From an uncultured virus (IMG/VR IMGVR_UViG_3300025066_000004) (taxonomy: Duplodnaviria > Heunggongvirae > Uroviricota > Caudoviricetes), in the IMG/VR virus record IMGVR_UViG_3300025066_000004: DNA of 64,000 nt, one strand, 5' to 3'. The first letter of the stretch is position 1. Every line of letters starts with the position of its first letter. This document shows, piece after piece, positions 43,083 to 52,389 of this stretch. A model generated the notes under the pieces. The model saw only the letters and a program-made list of their open reading frames with translations. It was not told where the DNA came from and did no database searches. The position numbers and the translations under genes are program-made.

Positions 43083-46000
43083 TAGAACCCATTAACGGTG
43101 GCCCCAACAATCTTACCCGTCCCTTTAATTATAAAAGATAATCTATCAGTTGGATAGTCGAAGGGAACTCCAACCCGGGAGCCCTCTAAAGTTGTAAAAT
43201 CTATTGAGTGCCCTTGGTAAGGAAACACTCCTAGGTACGGGGCGTAAATCTGGTCTTCAAAGATGCACACTGCAGGAGCCTCAGTAACAGAGTTCGCAGA
43301 CAACGCTTTTGCTAAAGTTATGACCCGGGCAGCAGCAGTATTATTTATCGAGAGTTTGTCTCCCAAGTACTGAGCCCAGTACTGTCGGCCATTTCTCAGT
43401 TTACCATGCAAGATGTCTCCAGTGCGTAGAATTTGGTAAGGGGGGAGGATTATCGAGTCTCCGATAATTCCTTGTCCGAGAACCGAGCCAAACTGGTCTC
43501 CGATATCAAAAATCTTTTGACGGGCTAGACAACTGGACTCTTCCCAAAAATCTGAATTAAGAGCACTTGCCTTAATTATAGACTCAAGCTCATGACTAGA
43601 GGAAGGAGAGTCTTTAAAGACTAAGACCCCATTATTCTCCACAGAAAAATCTAAGACTTTGTCTCCCTTGTATTTATAGGACTTCCTTTTGATAACCGCC
43701 GCAGTATCTTTAACCACAACAACCGAGCCCGCCTTAAACTTCCAAGGCTTACGGATACCTCCAGATACGTTTATTGAGTCTTGTCTTGAATACTCTACTG
43801 GGGCGATTATCTGCTCATCCTCTATCCCAGTACCCGGGGGGTAGATATTTGGTTGAGACGTAGTTGCCGAGTTCTCGGTTAAGATACCAATCTGTTGGTG
43901 TAACGTAGCGTTGGGGTCTGAATAAAGCTGAAGCTCCATAATCCGGCTAGGGGCTTGCCCGGTTCCAATTCCCGCTGCCCCTACCACCTGTACCAAATCC
44001 CCCGCCTCAAACTCATCGGAATTACCACCTGTTAACTCCACATTAAACTGAGCGGTCTCAGCCACTGCAACAGTCGGAGCGTAAATTGGCTGCGTCACTA
44101 AGAATACAAAGCCTTCCCCATTCGAGTTAGTTAACGGGTCTAAGTTAGTCAAGGAAGAAATAACCTCATCCGGGCCAAGTAAAGAGACTTCCGCAGAGCC
44201 GTTGCCCTGGAACTGGAGAGACTCAAAGCTTTTCCAGTCTGTCCTATTCAAGTCTAAATCCGCACTCTGCACCGTAAACTCAGAATACGCTAAACCAGGT
44301 GGGGCGACAAAAGGGTCTAATAAAACGGTATAAACAATCTGGGAGCTTCCAGTGAGATCCGAGACTGCTACAACTTTATCCTCATAGAAATCATGGATTA
44401 GCTTAACTGAAAGAGGCAATTGATCCGGACCTAACGGCATGGGGACTGGGGTGGTATCTTGGCGATCTAAGGAGTGTACGAACATTCCCGAGTTAGGGAG
44501 GTAGAAGAAGATCAAGTTATGGAATACTCCGACACAAGGGTTATCTCCTCGAGTTACCGTGTAGTCTCTATTCGTGATTCCTTCTACTGAGGCTCGGAAC
44601 ACATCCTCAGGCATTGAGTCCTTTGTTAAATTGACATAGGACCCACCACGAAAAAGAAACAGTCCTCGGTGAGAAAGGAAAACGGGGTTTCCTTCCCAAT
44701 TAGAAACTGCAAACTTTCCAAGCGCCCCGACATTAGTGATATCTAAAAAAGTCATCTCCTCGGGATTCGTCTGATTCGAGGAATGGAGAGAAGTTCGAGT
44801 AACTACTGCCAATTGATCCGAGCCCCCAACAACTCCCATAATTTCATCTGGAAATAGGCGGTAGAAAGCTTCCGAGGACCAGCTATGTCCTAAAAGGGTT
44901 TCAGTCCAATAAAGGGTAGAGCCTTTCCAAGCAAACATCATATTCGCAAAGGGCCGATCTATAATTCCATCTAATTCAGTTTGAGGGGCCTCAGTATTGA
45001 TTAACGCTCCAGTGATAGAAGAGGTGAAAAAAGAGTCAGATTGATCTCCAAGCTCTGAATCTGCGGTCTCATCATAAAACCTATGACGAAGGTCATATCC
45101 TACTTCCTCCCAATAGTCTAAGTTGAGATCCGAGGCAATAAAAACAGACTCGATCTCAGTGTCTAAAGTGGGGGAGTTTTTAAAGGTAATGATATTGTCC
45201 CCTGCAGTAAAGCCCGACCCCTTCCTAACATTAAACTCACGGCTACCCAGGTATCTGTAGAATTTTTGAGTAGACCCAGCTGCATCGGTAGCTACTACAT
45301 CCCCAAGTTCAAAGACAGCGTTTGAAGAATAGTCAGAGAGGACTGGAAAGGCAACCTTAGTATTCCCCACTTTCGCTGCATCTGCGAATAGATTAAACGT
45401 AGCGCCCTCTACTAAAGAAGAGGGGATAAAAGCATAGAAAGGGTGTTTTGCGGCTTTTAAGTACTCCCCATTGAAAAGGCGGTAAACATTCCAGTGAGTC
45501 GTGTACCCTACTACATCTGTAGCCCCTGGAAAAAAGCCGTCACCTGGGGTAGTGGGTTCATCCGGTTGATCAAGCCTCAAGTCGTATACTTGGTCTTGGG
45601 CTTTTGGAAGGTTGAGGTCAATAAGCGGGGTAAGGGTATGCTTGTCCGAAACAACTACTTCTAGTACATCCAACGAGGTAGTAAACCCTAAGCTAAGTTT
45701 ACTTGGGAAGATATTCCCCCATTCCCAACGACTAGGGGAGTCGAAGGTGTAGGAGTTATCCCCCGGATTACCATTTGTTGTACCAATAGTTCCAAGAGAG
45801 TGGGCACCATAAGGTCTAAAAGGAACCTGAAGAACATTGCCCCCCGTGCCATGCGCGGCCCCATCATCATACTCGGTAAGTTGAGAAAAACTGGTCCCAA
45901 CTTCTCCTAAAAGAGTTAGCTTAGCTGACCCTAGGGTCTCCCCCGCTAAGTCTCCCGAGCTATCAACATAGCTTAGATCCGCAAGCTCTTTACCTGAAGC

Positions 46001-47596
46001 TTGGGGGTCAGAGTCAAGGCGTAATCGACGAGAATACCTTAAATCCGGAACCGCAGACTCTAAATCCCAGGAAATCGCGATATGAGCATGGTGATCTAAG
46101 TTAGCTTGGAGAAGCGAAAAAAGGCTAGAATCCTCCAACTGAGCAAGGGTGGACTCGGTCTTATCCCCCTTGAAAAACCGGAAGAGGACCCTAGGATTCT
46201 CGATACTCAAAAATTTCATTATGGAGAAATGGAAAACGTTGGCAGCAGTAAAGCCCATTGGAGAATGGGGAGTCGGACTTGCGACTGGAACCATACTGTG
46301 CCACTGACCCCAAGGCTCTGCTGCAATTGTCGTGTCAGGGACTATCTCAAAATGCATATTATTCGCATCTTCCACCGAAAGAACTTTCCCAATAAAATGG
46401 TCTGCGTAGTTAACATAAATTTTTGTACCCGAGGTAGACTCCCAATACCCCAAGTGCCCCCCAAGTAAGAAATAGTCTCCTGCGACAAAATGAGAGGTAA
46501 AGTCGACATCTCCAGAGACAGAGTTAAAAAGTAGAAGTTGGTTGGTCACACCTTGATCCGAGACCTTAACTTGCATTGCAGAGGAAGAGAAATCTCTTTT
46601 AAAAAGTTGGGGCCCCAACTCTGGGCGAAGCTGAACTAAAAGAGAGGAGGTTACATCAACAGACTCAGGGTTCGCAGTAACTGCGAACAGAATATTATCC
46701 GTAAATTTCAACTCATTTGGGAGCTTAAGTCTTAAGGCTACTGAGCCTTTCTTCTCCCAAGAAGTAGCCTCTTCAATGTCGTAGTAAAACCCAGACCTAC
46801 CGTGATAAGTTTTACGGAGTTCAAGAGTTTCTCCTACTCTTTTACCTGAAATAGTCGGGGTTAGAGGGGATGAGTCAATAACCGGATCAATGCTTGTTAA
46901 GGTCGAAGATTTAACTGTCTTAAGAGGAGAGGTCTCTCCGCTCTCTCCAAAGATACCCGTAGAGAGATAACCCGAGAAATCCGTAGACCCTGAAAAGTTA
47001 AAAACTGAAAATCCAGAAAACGCATCTAGAAACTTTAAAGGGCCCTCCTCAATTCTACCAAAATGATTCTGAGAAAATGAAATAGCGTAATTAAACGTAT
47101 CTGAGATAGCCCATGGGCGGGAAAAGGGCTCGTTATTAACTAAAACCGGGGTTGTTACGTCTGGAACTGGAAGGGGGACCCCCACTGTTTTCCGAAAGTC
47201 TATAATTGGACTGGGGACAGGATTAGGGTCTGCGATAGTACCCCGGTAAATATAGAAGTCGTTAGTACCCGTATGAGAAAGAAGGTAGTAGAAAATATCC
47301 TGCCCTAGCACCCACGGGGAGACCGAATAAATATCATTCAGCCCCCAAACATTTGTCCGAGCTTCTTCAGTTAGGTAATTCCCCTGGTAAGCCGTAGGAA
47401 CTTCGGACCCAGGATCAGCAGGGGGGTAATCCTCTGGCAGGGTTAAGACTATTTCACTATCAGGAAGAGGTTGAACTTTGCCAGAACTAAAGTCTGCGTT
47501 TTTAGCCCAAACCGCCTGACCTCCAGCCTCATCTAAAAAAGAAGGGTCTGCCACATTATTCAGACCCTTAAAAGTGCGGATATTTATAACAGCCAT
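43082..47596 (-). CDS. Tail nozzle / stabilisation (tail tubular B-like) protein with large insertions
   Basis: N-terminal FKGLN...A...N.D...G; beta-propeller-like central region (LYWT...W, FLSHRGL..F.G). Confidence 0.7.
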   Translation of the reverse strand: MAVINIRTFKGLNNVADPSFLDEAGGQAVWAKNADFSSGKVQPLPDSEIVLTLPEDYPPADPGSEVPTAYQGNYLTEEARTNVWGLNDIYSVSPWVLGQDIFYYLLSHTGTNDFYIYRGTIADPNPVPSPIIDFRKTVGVPLPVPDVTTPVLVNNEPFSRPWAISDTFNYAISFSQNHFGRIEEGPLKFLDAFSGFSVFNFSGSTDFSGYLSTGIFGESGETSPLKTVKSSTLTSIDPVIDSSPLTPTISGKRVGETLELRKTYHGRSGFYYDIEEATSWEKKGSVALRLKLPNELKFTDNILFAVTANPESVDVTSSLLVQLRPELGPQLFKRDFSSSAMQVKVSDQGVTNQLLLFNSVSGDVDFTSHFVAGDYFLLGGHLGYWESTSGTKIYVNYADHFIGKVLSVEDANNMHFEIVPDTTIAAEPWGQWHSMVPVASPTPHSPMGFTAANVFHFSIMKFLSIENPRVLFRFFKGDKTESTLAQLEDSSLFSLLQANLDHHAHIAISWDLESAVPDLRYSRRLRLDSDPQASGKELADLSYVDSSGDLAGETLGSAKLTLLGEVGTSFSQLTEYDDGAAHGTGGNVLQVPFRPYGAHSLGTIGTTNGNPGDNSYTFDSPSRWEWGNIFPSKLSLGFTTSLDVLEVVVSDKHTLTPLIDLNLPKAQDQVYDLRLDQPDEPTTPGDGFFPGATDVVGYTTHWNVYRLFNGEYLKAAKHPFYAFIPSSLVEGATFNLFADAAKVGNTKVAFPVLSDYSSNAVFELGDVVATDAAGSTQKFYRYLGSREFNVRKGSGFTAGDNIITFKNSPTLDTEIESVFIASDLNLDYWEEVGYDLRHRFYDETADSELGDQSDSFFTSSITGALINTEAPQTELDGIIDRPFANMMFAWKGSTLYWTETLLGHSWSSEAFYRLFPDEIMGVVGGSDQLAVVTRTSLHSSNQTNPEEMTFLDITNVGALGKFAVSNWEGNPVFLSHRGLFLFRGGSYVNLTKDSMPEDVFRASVEGITNRDYTVTRGDNPCVGVFHNLIFFYLPNSGMFVHSLDRQDTTPVPMPLGPDQLPLSVKLIHDFYEDKVVAVSDLTGSSQIVYTVLLDPFVAPPGLAYSEFTVQSADLDLNRTDWKSFESLQFQGNGSAEVSLLGPDEVISSLTNLDPLTNSNGEGFVFLVTQPIYAPTVAVAETAQFNVELTGGNSDEFEAGDLVQVVGAAGIGTGQAPSRIMELQLYSDPNATLHQQIGILTENSATTSQPNIYPPGTGIEDEQIIAPVEYSRQDSINVSGGIRKPWKFKAGSVVVVKDTAAVIKRKSYKYKGDKVLDFSVENNGVLVFKDSPSSSHELESIIKASALNSDFWEESSCLARQKIFDIGDQFGSVLGQGIIGDSIILPPYQILRTGDILHGKLRNGRQYWAQYLGDKLSINNTAAARVITLAKALSANSVTEAPAVCIFEDQIYAPYLGVFPYQGHSIDFTTLEGSRVGVPFDYPTDRLSFIIKGTGKIVGATVNGF

Positions 47597-47618
47597 TTAG
47601 CCCTTCTGACACATACTT

Positions 47619-48365
47619 TTATCCAACCATCTCCATATTTCTACGCTTATTCCCTAAACGAAGTTTCTGCTTATGCTGAGCAATCTGCTCTTCAGTTGCT
47701 AAGGACGCTTCGACTACAGGACTAAGCTTATATGGCAAGTGGCCTTCTCTTCCTGCCGCATCAGTTATAGGCTTAAACCTAACCTTGTAAGAAGATGTGA
47801 CAGCTTCGTAATGAGTGTAAGGAACAAGTTGAACTCGTCTACCTTCTTTTGCTCCATCGACCATATAATCGCTGGAGTAAAACACTCCCATAACTTGCCC
47901 GTTCACACCACAATTTAACTGACCATCTGCGACATCCGGATCATCAATGAGAGTAACGGCAATTAGAGTGGTTCTTCGGAGGGTATCAAGCTCTACCATT
48001 GCATCTTCGTAATCTCGGTAAAGTTTCCTCTGCTCGTCGGTCCACTTACTTTTATCCGCCACCGCTTTAGTGAGTCTTTGACCACTAGCCCCAGAATAAT
48101 CTCGGTCAATAGTAGTTCGGTGCTTTGGAAAAGTACTAATCTTGTCACTGAACTCTCTCGCGATTCTTTGTTCTTCAGCCTTGATCTTACTCTCAAAACT
48201 CATCAAATCTGTAGAGATTGTGTACTCTAAAGAATGAATCTTCTCATCCTGCTCAGAAATGTGTTTATTCTTCTCGTCTACTTCTACCTGGAGGCGTTTA
48301 ATCTGTTCTAGCAAGTCCTCTTGTTCAGGGGGGGCTGCGATATCAACTTTAGCTGGTCTACCCAT
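47619..48365 (-). CDS. Hypothetical head-associated protein
   Basis: AAGGA SD; GRP N-terminus, coiled coil, GVNG motif; follows capsid genes. Confidence 0.7.
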   Translation of the reverse strand: MGRPAKVDIAAPPEQEDLLEQIKRLQVEVDEKNKHISEQDEKIHSLEYTISTDLMSFESKIKAEEQRIAREFSDKISTFPKHRTTIDRDYSGASGQRLTKAVADKSKWTDEQRKLYRDYEDAMVELDTLRRTTLIAVTLIDDPDVADGQLNCGVNGQVMGVFYSSDYMVDGAKEGRRVQLVPYTHYEAVTSSYKVRFKPITDAAGREGHLPYKLSPVVEASLATEEQIAQHKQKLRLGNKRRNMEMVG

Positions 48366-48391
48366 GATTTAATCCTTTTTTTAAATTTAAA

Positions 48392-48420
48392 GAATAAAGT
48401 TGAGGGGCCGAAGCCCCTCA
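48392..48420 (-). terminator. Intrinsic terminator after capsid genes
   Basis: TGAGGGGC TTCG GCCCCTCA (UUCG tetraloop) then ACTTTATT. Confidence 0.75.
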
Positions 48421-48435
48421 GACTTTAGTTAGTCC

Positions 48436-48933
48436 CTACCGATGCGCCTTAATGAAAAGAACATCTGATACAAGCATATTATCTGCGTGAAAGGTAAACC
48501 CCGGCTTAGAAATAAATTTCTGCCCAGTGTCATACTCGGTCCCTGCAGGATTTGTAGCCTGGGTAAGAGTCGGAAGATGAATACTAATAGAACGATTTCC
48601 ATCGGTATCCACGTACTTACTCGAAAGAACCGCAGTTCCGTCCTTATCCTTAAAGGTCGGAGTACTGCCGTTGTTGTACCCAACTTGAGTCCCACCCGCA
48701 TAAATAACGATCGCATCTGAATCCTCAGTATGCGTTCCATTGTTATCTATGGCTCGAACCGTCATCCCTGTCTCAAAACGGTATGTGGCATCATTCGCAA
48801 TACCAACCGCGTCATCATCAACAAGAATTTCAATGAAAGTAGGGATAAACCCTAGCTCAAACGTAATACCATTTGCAGCATCTGCCGTAGTAACGGTATG
48901 TGTATGTGTGAAAACACCATTCTTATCTAACAT
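48436..48933 (-). CDS. Putative capsid decoration protein
   Basis: Directly after MCP; LGFxP motif, beta-rich. Confidence 0.65.
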   Translation of the reverse strand: MLDKNGVFTHTHTVTTADAANGITFELGFIPTFIEILVDDDAVGIANDATYRFETGMTVRAIDNNGTHTEDSDAIVIYAGGTQVGYNNGSTPTFKDKDGTAVLSSKYVDTDGNRSISIHLPTLTQATNPAGTEYDTGQKFISKPGFTFHADNMLVSDVLFIKAHR

Positions 48934-48948
48934 AGTTCACCCCCCTTA

Positions 48949-49998
48949 TTATAGCCCAGCTTGCTCAGTACAACCAACTTCGAGACGAACCATACGCTCT
49001 TGGTAGGTGATTACCCCAGCAAACGGATTCTTGTAACCAACAGTTGCTCTCTGGTTCAATGGATCAAGTCCACCAGAAGAACCTAACTCTTTTCTAATCA
49101 GCTTCATGCCTTGATCCCCAGTTAGAGGAATAGTGGCAAAAGCATCCTGAGAGAAAATCAGAATCGGATAAACGTCTGCGTTAGCAGTATCCGAAGAAAG
49201 CAGATTCTCAGTATCAGGATTTGCGGCCCCAGCATTTCTAAAAGGCTCATAGTTTGTGGTGCAGATAAAACGAAAGTTATCTACTTTACCAAACTCATGA
49301 GGATCAATAACAGAAGAGCCAGAAGCATAGGAGCTTGTTGGTGAGAAACCAGGTAGAGAGCGGATATCATACTCCAAATCAGGAGTGATAATCGCAATAT
49401 ACGAAGCCTCAACATCAACAGTTCCAAAACTTCCATCAGATCTCATGATCTGAGTAATCGGAAGTCCTGCCCGTCCATCCAGACCGTTCTTCAGAGTCCT
49501 AGAAGCCATGTGCAGATCTCCGATAGAAATCGCGGTTCTCACAGCCACACGAGAAGCAACATTGTTAGCGTAAACTACGTTTGTTCCTCCGGTAAGAATG
49601 TTGAACATCGACATATCCCGCTCTTCAGACTGAAGAGTAGAGAGGAACTGGTTCTCACCAGTTTTCAGGTTATCCGCATCTTCAAAGATAGTCTCTAAAA
49701 GATCAGTGTGCTCTAGGAAGTTACCGTACCAGACCAATTGGGCAGATACTTCTCTTCGAGTGAGCTTTTTCGAGTCAGGAGTTACACCTTCCAGCAAAGG
49801 AACAGGGGTAACAACTCGTGCAGGGGGATTCCATGCTTTTACATGAACAGTCTTGCCCTCCCCTTTGGGCATTTCAATTTGCATTGCGAACTTCTGCCAT
49901 AACAGAACTTTGAGGTTGTAATCTAACCATTTGGCAGAGTAAAACGCGTCACGTACCTCACGTCGCGTATTCTCGGTAGTGTTACCTGAGATAGCCAT
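48949..49998 (-). CDS. Major capsid protein, N4-gp56 family
   Basis: MPKGEGKTV, PLLEGVTP, YGNF, EFGKVDNFRF, DVYPILI, DPLNQRATVGYK. Confidence 0.9.
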   Translation of the reverse strand: MAISGNTTENTRREVRDAFYSAKWLDYNLKVLLWQKFAMQIEMPKGEGKTVHVKAWNPPARVVTPVPLLEGVTPDSKKLTRREVSAQLVWYGNFLEHTDLLETIFEDADNLKTGENQFLSTLQSEERDMSMFNILTGGTNVVYANNVASRVAVRTAISIGDLHMASRTLKNGLDGRAGLPITQIMRSDGSFGTVDVEASYIAIITPDLEYDIRSLPGFSPTSSYASGSSVIDPHEFGKVDNFRFICTTNYEPFRNAGAANPDTENLLSSDTANADVYPILIFSQDAFATIPLTGDQGMKLIRKELGSSGGLDPLNQRATVGYKNPFAGVITYQERMVRLEVGCTEQAGL

Positions 49999-50032
49999 TG
50001 TTAATCTCCTTTATTACATGAATACAAAATCG

Positions 50033-51181
50033 CTAAAAAACCTTAGCCTTTGATGCACGATAAGCTGCGAGCTTTGCAGCGGGAGATGTTGGGTCCTGGG
50101 GGGGCGCGTCTGCGACCCTTCCACCAACTACACGAGAATCGTCTGCTACTTGTTGACCTTCGGCCACCCTATCTCGCTCTGATCTCGCATCTTCCTTCAC
50201 AGTTTTTGCCTTATCTGCCTTCTGAGCTTTCGCTCTAGTTTGATAAGCATCATGCACCAAATGAGAATACTCCAAAGTACCAAACCCAAATCTCTCTGCT
50301 AAGTCGTCTAACATCGCAAAATTCTTTGGGTCACTTTCAAAAGCTTCAAAAGACTTTGAAGTGAATACTTTCGGATTTATTCCCCGGCCTTCGAGACCCT
50401 GGATGACAGACTGCCTTTGAGATTCGGCCTGTTCAGCATCAAACTGACCAACCCGCTCTTGTGCAGACTGAAAACCTGCAAGATCTCCAACCAACTTATT
50501 TACAGCATGAGAGATTACTTGACTCATTGCTTCCGACTGTTCAGGGTCGTCCATCAAAAAGTTTCGAACTGCTTCAGGTAAAGAATCATCTGCAAGATGA
50601 GAGGAGACATCGTAATTAAACTTAAACCCCTCCTTAATTGCTTCACGATCTCCCTTTACCTGAGCCTCATGCTCTGCCCGTTTGCTCTCTTGGGCCTTGG
50701 TATCTTCGGCCTTTTCGAGAACTTCTAGGCGTCTAAGAAGGTCATCTTTGGTCTCTCCGACTTCATCTTCTACATGGGCTTCATCGGAAGAAGATTTTGT
50801 TGTGGCCTCGTCTTTGTCTAACTCTTTAGATAGACTGTCGCGACCCAACTCTTCATCTGATTCCTCACCCTTAGGAGATACCTCATCCTTAGACTCAACA
50901 TTCTTCTTTTCATCGCCCGAATTTTTTGCATTTGCGTTCGGATCGAAATCCTTTTCTTTATACTGAACCTCATCCGGTTCTTTTCTATCTCGCTTAGTTG
51001 GGTTCTCAGTCGCATCTTGAAGAGACCGAGAATCCGCGCTAATCTGTTTTTTCTCCTGAATCCCCGAAAAAGGTTTACCAGGTTTCCCCTCCCTGTAGTT
51101 TGATAACGCCTCAGAAGCGTTAACCGCAGGAGAGACTTGTCCCTCATTCATAGGCTGATTTGATTCAAAAGTTTCAGACAT
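50033..51181 (-). CDS. Putative capsid scaffolding protein
   Basis: Acidic, low-complexity, immediately upstream of MCP. Confidence 0.7.
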   Translation of the reverse strand: MSETFESNQPMNEGQVSPAVNASEALSNYREGKPGKPFSGIQEKKQISADSRSLQDATENPTKRDRKEPDEVQYKEKDFDPNANAKNSGDEKKNVESKDEVSPKGEESDEELGRDSLSKELDKDEATTKSSSDEAHVEDEVGETKDDLLRRLEVLEKAEDTKAQESKRAEHEAQVKGDREAIKEGFKFNYDVSSHLADDSLPEAVRNFLMDDPEQSEAMSQVISHAVNKLVGDLAGFQSAQERVGQFDAEQAESQRQSVIQGLEGRGINPKVFTSKSFEAFESDPKNFAMLDDLAERFGFGTLEYSHLVHDAYQTRAKAQKADKAKTVKEDARSERDRVAEGQQVADDSRVVGGRVADAPPQDPTSPAAKLAAYRASKAKVF

Positions 51182-51196
51182 ACTCTACACCTTTAT

Positions 51197-52021
51197 TTAG
51201 GACTGAACTTTAAGTTGGCTATATCGCTCCATGTGAGATCCAGAGCGAAGAGCTTCTTCAAGCAATTCAGTCTCGTACAATTGTTTGTAATTTGCAGCTT
51301 TCTGAACGTCTGTAGGATCAATACTGTTCTTGAGACGAAGGAAGCAGATTAATAGATATAGTTTCCTCTGGAACTGCAGAGGGATACCATTATCAAGGAA
51401 ATGATCTTCCGTTAAAGTAGAGAGGTCAGTGATAAGAGTAGTATTTGTTGCATTCGAGTAGTACAGCACATCTCGAACGTAGTCTAACTGGATTCTTCGA
51501 TCTTTATCTGTCCCGCCTGAACCATCTGCATCAATAATATTGGCAGTAGACCCTGAGCCGTCAGTAGGAACAGGCCAAATTCCAAACTGGTAAAACGAAA
51601 GCTCGTCATTGTAAGTGTAAAGAGGAGGACCCTCTTGGTACTTAGCAATTCCTGCTTCGTCTCTTTCAAAAGTAGAGTCAGACCGCATAACTCGATTTAC
51701 CCCTGTCCTAAGCTTATCCCTCCAACTCGCTCGGATAAGACTCAAGTATGTGGGGAGAGTAGTGGTTGCAGTGGTGTTCCCAGAAACAATAGCCTCCTCG
51801 CTATCAATGGTAGTTAAAGCCTTACCAAAAATAGGAAGGTCATATATAGCTTGCTGGTGAATCGCGGGGATGTAGACAGTCTTCTTCAGAATCTTAGAAT
51901 CCTGAACAAATTGAGTAAGCCCCTCTTTCAACTTTACCAAAAGAGAACTACGAGAATACTTAGTAGACTTCCCATCTCTCAACTCATCCGACACCAAATC
52001 AAGAATTTCTTTAATCTGCAT
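51197..52021 (-). CDS. Putative head-tail adaptor protein
   Basis: ATG 52021 with GAGGAGG SD; I...V..EL.D, YDLP, GIWPVP, C-terminal A..Y...Y pattern. Confidence 0.65.
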   Translation of the reverse strand: MQIKEILDLVSDELRDGKSTKYSRSSLLVKLKEGLTQFVQDSKILKKTVYIPAIHQQAIYDLPIFGKALTTIDSEEAIVSGNTTATTTLPTYLSLIRASWRDKLRTGVNRVMRSDSTFERDEAGIAKYQEGPPLYTYNDELSFYQFGIWPVPTDGSGSTANIIDADGSGGTDKDRRIQLDYVRDVLYYSNATNTTLITDLSTLTEDHFLDNGIPLQFQRKLYLLICFLRLKNSIDPTDVQKAANYKQLYETELLEEALRSGSHMERYSQLKVQS

Positions 52022-52022
52022 T

Positions 52023-52325
52023 TTACAAGCCTCCTCTTGAGTAAAGTATAACAACTTCCCAGTTTCCCGTAAACCTAGCTCGCTTTAGAGCCAGAGGGTC
52101 AAAGAAGCCATTTTCTTCTCCAAGGACAATCACTTGGTTGGCTACAGTCGCAACTCCGCTAGTCTGAGAAGTGTGTCTTTTAAACTGTCCAGCCCCAAGA
52201 GAATGACAGTATGCTTTTACTGGGACTTGTTCCCCATCAAAGAAATCTGTGGTAGGGATCGCTGAGTCACTAGCCGAAGCTTCATTCCATACTCTTTGTC
52301 CCACTATTTTTCTGTACCCAGTCAT
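52023..52325 (-). CDS. Hypothetical virion protein
   Basis: GGGGG SD; small beta-rich ORF. Confidence 0.6.
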   Translation of the reverse strand: MTGYRKIVGQRVWNEASASDSAIPTTDFFDGEQVPVKAYCHSLGAGQFKRHTSQTSGVATVANQVIVLGEENGFFDPLALKRARFTGNWEVVILYSRGGL

Positions 52326-52389
52326 AATATCCCCCTACTTCCTGTCAAGTATAACTTCTATTTTTTTAAAAAATCCTTTTTCTACAAAG

